From NCBI GenBank assembly GCA_032718475.1, contig JAUCBJ010004605.1, positions 1 to 64,000 on the forward strand: a stretch of DNA of 64,000 bases, in the 5' to 3' direction. Of this stretch, positions 60,241-64,000 are shown piece by piece (the first letter of the stretch is position 1; each line of letters begins with the position of its first letter). Below the pieces are notes generated by a model. The model saw only the letters and a program-made list of their open reading frames with translations. It did not search any database and was not told the origin of the DNA. Origin of the DNA: Nemertoderma westbladi. Taxonomy: Eukaryota; Animalia; Xenacoelomorpha. The position numbers and the translations under genes were made by a program.

Positions 60241-63200
60241 GATAGATAGATTTATTTATACATTATGTAAAAACAATAACAAATACACCAAACAATGTAC
60301 CGGTATAAAGGTATTGTCCAACATAACATATAGGATTACCCCTAAAGCTTTGCAGCTTATTTCCAAGGGGGTCCTTTATGTTACTTGGTTACAAATACAA
60401 TATTACACTACGCTAACCTAAAACCAATATAAAACGTAATTACACTATGTACATGTACAACTTTACCGAGAGCGTGACAATGCCCGACTCAACGATAAAG
60501 AACTAATAACTTACTGTAGGACTATTGTACCTATTTTTACATTGCACACGGAGGTGAGATTTAACTGCAGATTTAAAAGAATGTTGATTATTTAGGTTTT
60601 TAATTTCATTAGGCAGAGCGTTCCAATTTTTTATGCCGTTAAAAAAGAAAGTATCAGATTCAAAGGATTTACAATTCGGGAGGTAGAAGTTTGAAGCACT
60701 AGCTCTGGTACTGTAAGAGTGTGTATCGCGTACTCTGTTGAATTTTTGTTTTAGGTAATTGGGACATTTACCATTATACACTTTATGCACATGGTTAAGG
60801 CGTAGCTGCTTAACTCTACTATCTAAGTTAAGTAGTCCAGATTCAGAAAAGTCATCTGGAGTTAGGTGGTGCCTAGGTTTGTAGTCTTTAATAAATCGTA
60901 CTACTTTATTCTGAGCTACTTGTAATTTACATTTAAGCTGTTTGGTTAAGCCTTCATACCAAGAAGAGCACGCATAGTCCATGTGACACTGTATTAAAGA
61001 AGAGCAAAGTAACTTGCGGGAGTCGGTGTTCAAACTATTTTTATTTCTGTATAGAAACCTAAGCCTACTGTTAACTTTCGAGAAAATATTTTTCACTGTA
61101 CTTTCTCCTGATAAGCAGTTATCCAATGTGGCGCCTAAATATTTAACTTCCTTTTTATTTTCAATCTTATGTCCATTACTAGTGACTTCAAACTTAGTTA
61201 CCTTCTTTAACTTTCTTTTGGAACCAAACAAAATACTTTCAGTTTTACCGTAGTGAATGGATAGCTTATTATCAACCAACCACTCATTACAGGATTCTAG
61301 AACTGCACTTAACTTTTGGGAAATATGGATAGGATCTTTATGAGAGAAAATAAGAGCACTGTCGTCGGCATATAAAATGAGTTTAAAATCGGGATCTATA
61401 CTACTTATCATATCATTTACATAGCATACAAAAAGCAGAGGACCTAATATACTACCTTGCGGTACACCACAGGTAATCTCTTGTACAGTAGACAGCGATT
61501 TGCTAATGACTACAGTTTGACCTCTGTCTGACAGGTAGGACTTGAACCAGTCTATAGAACCTACACCCATCAGGCCTAACTTACCAAGCAGAATTTCGTG
61601 ATCTACAGTATCGAAAGCCTTTTGTAGGTCCAACATTACCATACCAGTATATAAACCCTTTGCGTTATTACATCTAATTGTATCAGTTAAGTTAATAAGG
61701 CAGGTGTCTGTAGAATATGATTTACGAAAACCGGACTGAAGTTCATAGATCAGATTTAGCCTACTAAGATGTGCCTCCAGCTGTAGAAAAACAGAACGTT
61801 CTAGAATTTTAGATACAATACTTAAGATACTAACAGGTCTGTAATTACAGGGTTCTACTTTACTATTCTTTTTATACAGAGGAACAACCTTAGCTAATTT
61901 CAGTTCGTCTGGTACTACATTATCTACGATAGAGTAATTAATAATAAAAGTAATAGGCACTTTAAGTACTTCAGCACCATCCTTAAGAAAACGGGCAGGT
62001 ATTAGATCTAGACCGGTACTTTTTGAGGCTGATAGGCTAAGTAGATTTTTAAAAACGAAATCCTCAGAAACGGGTTTTAAAAATAACTTTTCTGAATTTT
62101 GTAACTTTTCTAAATAAAAATTATTTAGAGTTTCGGACCCTATACTATATTTATTACTTGATAACGGTAATTTCTTAACTAAATTAGAGGCAACATTAGT
62201 AAAATAATTATTAAATAAATTACTAACTAGAGTATGATCATGAATCAGCTCACCGTTATCTTGCAGAACAATATTCGATTTAGATTTAAGGTTTTTATAA
62301 CCTAAAGATTTTAGGGTAGACCATAGACTTTTTGGATTATCTTTATTCTCACTTATTTTGTTGTACAAATATTCAGATTTAGCTTTTTTTATTTCCCGTT
62401 GGACAAGGTTTCTATATTTGCAGTAATTATTATAATCAGCTAAAACACGGTATTTCCTAAATTTATACAAATAGTTATCTCTTTCTCTGATATTACTAAG
62501 AATACCCGAGGTCATCCAGGGCTCAGTGCGTTGTTTAAGACTAATTTCTTTAATTGGTGCTACAGTATTAAGTGCCTTTAAAAATATATCTTTAAAAACA
62601 GTGTACGCAAGGTTAATGTCAGCGGCCTTAAAACAGGGTTCCCAGTCAGAATTAACTAACAAACTTAAAAAGCGTTCCTTGCTGTAATTTTTCATAGACC
62701 TAACTGTTACTGTTTTATGATCCCCGAAAAAAGATTTTTGTGTCTTTCTTGTGCAAAAAACTATAAAATGATCGCTTAGACCTATAGGTAAAACCCCAGA
62801 TTGAGAAATAATATCGGTATTATTACAAAGGATGTGATCTAGTAAAGTAGAAGTTTTACTGGTAATTCTGGTAGAATCTCGAATAATTTGTTTTAAACCA
62901 AACAAATTTAAAATACTTTGGTACTGTTTACAGATGGGGGATGCTTTGTGATGGTAACAGATATTAAAATCACCTAAGAAATATATTTCACAGTCTGACC
63001 TAAGATTACATAAAATTGTATTTTCAAAATTTTGCAAAAAATCTGATTGTTTAGGGGGCCGATATAAAGTACCGATTAAAATAGGTTTAGTTTTAGGAAG
63101 TAAAAGTTCCACCAGTAAAACTTCGTCACAAGTCTCTAAATCTTCCCTACGATTAAAAGCTAAATCACATCGAATGTAAGTACAGACACCACCACCGTGT

Positions 63201-64000
63201 CTGTCCCTATCCTTACGTAAAACTACGTAATTATCAATATAAATTTCTCCATCAGAAACACTATCATCGAGCCAAGTTTCAGAGATTGTTAAAACTGCTG
63301 GGTTGGATTTATTGATTAAAATACGAATTTCGGAAAGTTTTGGAAGCAGAGATCGTGCGTTTAAGTGCAAAAAATGCAGACCTTTTTTCTTAAAAAAATT
63401 AAAAGTTTCACTCTCAGCATCACTTGGAGTTTGCAGAGGCGATGTGAGAAATGAATCGTCGGTTTCTGATTCTAAAATTGTATCATGAAAGGGAAGTTCG
63501 GTAAAAATACAGCTATTGCAGAGAAAACTTGGTTCAAGATTGTTTCTGGTGGAGAATAAATTACTGCGTTTCCTACGGTAACATTTTAAATGTACAAATG
63601 TGTCACAACTCTCGCATTGGACGATCTTACTCCGAGAGTTTGTTCCTCGTTGACAGACGGGACAGTTGATCTTCGGGGCCCGCGTCCTGCTGGGTCCTGG
63701 GTTGGTCTCAATATCCCCAGCCAGAGACAGTAGACAGAGTTTAGCGATTAGGCCTCTAGATCGTGGAGAGGAGACCCAAGATCTTCTTCCCCGACGAGAG
63801 CAGTAGAGGCTAAATCCACTCGTCGACCACATCTCCGTCGATTCGGCGCGGCAGTTCGAAACGGTAGCGACAGGGTGTTCCGCAAACCAGTCCAATACGG
63901 GTATTGGGTGGGTTGCAGGGTTACCCCGCGGATCGGATGGTTCTGCCACAACGAAACGACCCAGAACGATGAAAACTGTGGAGATTAAGAGCGGGGACAT
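60238..64000 (-). mobile_element. CR1/L2/Crack-group LINE running off the window; 3' UTR ends in AATAAA plus an (ATCT)n tail
   Basis: ATAGATAGATAGATTTATT at 60238-60256 on the + strand; intact ORF2. Confidence 0.9.
60503..64000 (-). CDS. LINE ORF2: 2A-like peptide, PHD finger, APE endonuclease and reverse transcriptase (1,165 aa)
   Basis: GDIETNPGP; CPVC...CESC...HLKC...CNSC; HLNARSL, SETWL, GDFN, LDHI, SDH; [27 protein letters not shown]. The ATG sits at the window edge. Confidence 0.95.
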   Translation of the reverse strand: MSPLLISTVFIVLGRFVVAEPSDPRGNPATHPIPVLDWFAEHPVATVSNCRAESTEMWSTSGFSLYCSRRGRRSWVSSPRSRGLIAKLCLLSLAGDIETNPGPSRTRAPKINCPVCQRGTNSRSKIVQCESCDTFVHLKCYRRKRSNLFSTRNNLEPSFLCNSCIFTELPFHDTILESETDDSFLTSPLQTPSDAESETFNFFKKKGLHFLHLNARSLLPKLSEIRILINKSNPAVLTISETWLDDSVSDGEIYIDNYVVLRKDRDRHGGGVCTYIRCDLAFNRREDLETCDEVLLVELLLPKTKPILIGTLYRPPKQSDFLQNFENTILCNLRSDCEIYFLGDFNICYHHKASPICKQYQSILNLFGLKQIIRDSTRITSKTSTLLDHILCNNTDIISQSGVLPIGLSDHFIVFCTRKTQKSFFGDHKTVTVRSMKNYSKERFLSLLVNSDWEPCFKAADINLAYTVFKDIFLKALNTVAPIKEISLKQRTEPWMTSGILSNIRERDNYLYKFRKYRVLADYNNYCKYRNLVQREIKKAKSEYLYNKISENKDNPKSLWSTLKSLGYKNLKSKSNIVLQDNGELIHDHTLVSNLFNNYFTNVASNLVKKLPLSSNKYSIGSETLNNFYLEKLQNSEKLFLKPVSEDFVFKNLLSLSASKSTGLDLIPARFLKDGAEVLKVPITFIINYSIVDNVVPDELKLAKVVPLYKKNSKVEPCNYRPVSILSIVSKILERSVFLQLEAHLSRLNLIYELQSGFRKSYSTDTCLINLTDTIRCNNAKGLYTGMVMLDLQKAFDTVDHEILLGKLGLMGVGSIDWFKSYLSDRGQTVVISKSLSTVQEITCGVPQGSILGPLLFVCYVNDMISSIDPDFKLILYADDSALIFSHKDPIHISQKLSAVLESCNEWLVDNKLSIHYGKTESILFGSKRKLKKVTKFEVTSNGHKIENKKEVKYLGATLDNCLSGESTVKNIFSKVNSRLRFLYRNKNSLNTDSRKLLCSSLIQCHMDYACSSWYEGLTKQLKCKLQVAQNKVVRFIKDYKPRHHLTPDDFSESGLLNLDSRVKQLRLNHVHKVYNGKCPNYLKQKFNRVRDTHSYSTRASASNFYLPNCKSFESDTFFFNGIKNWNALPNEIKNLNNQHSFKSAVKSHLRVQCKNRYNSPTVSY

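Overview
Eukaryotic (invertebrate metazoan) genomic DNA, AT-rich and full of minisatellites. (1) About 12.1-36.5 kb (+): a 12-exon castor/CASZ1 zinc-finger gene. All 11 introns are GT-AG and phase-consistent, giving a predicted CDS of 5,544 nt (about 1,847 aa) with 7 castor-type double fingers. Two of its introns begin with a tandem amplification of the exon end plus 5' splice site: a 1.06-kb array of 28-bp units, and an 11.4-kb array of 33/44-bp units with roughly 300 CAG|GTGAGT donors. The last intron holds a HINE-like element with 11 CTCF-like motifs spaced about 146 bp apart. (2) About 36.9-56.3 kb: a 5'-truncated RTE-like LINE, split inside its RT domain by a young 17.6-kb Bel/Pao LTR retrotransposon (minus strand, CCATT target duplication, near-identical LTRs). 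This element has no tRNA-type PBS; its PBS is instead complementary to its own LTR, which suggests self-priming. It also carries an extra non-env zinc-knuckle ORF. (3) About 56.7-59.6 kb: a 300-bp foldback and an intronless 569-aa orphan ORF with a compact promoter. (4) 60.2-64 kb (-): an intact CR1/L2/Crack-type LINE ORF2 with a 2A-like peptide, PHD, APE and RT. Most other ORFs in the supplied track are artefacts of stop-free repeats. All calls are by eye; no searches were run.
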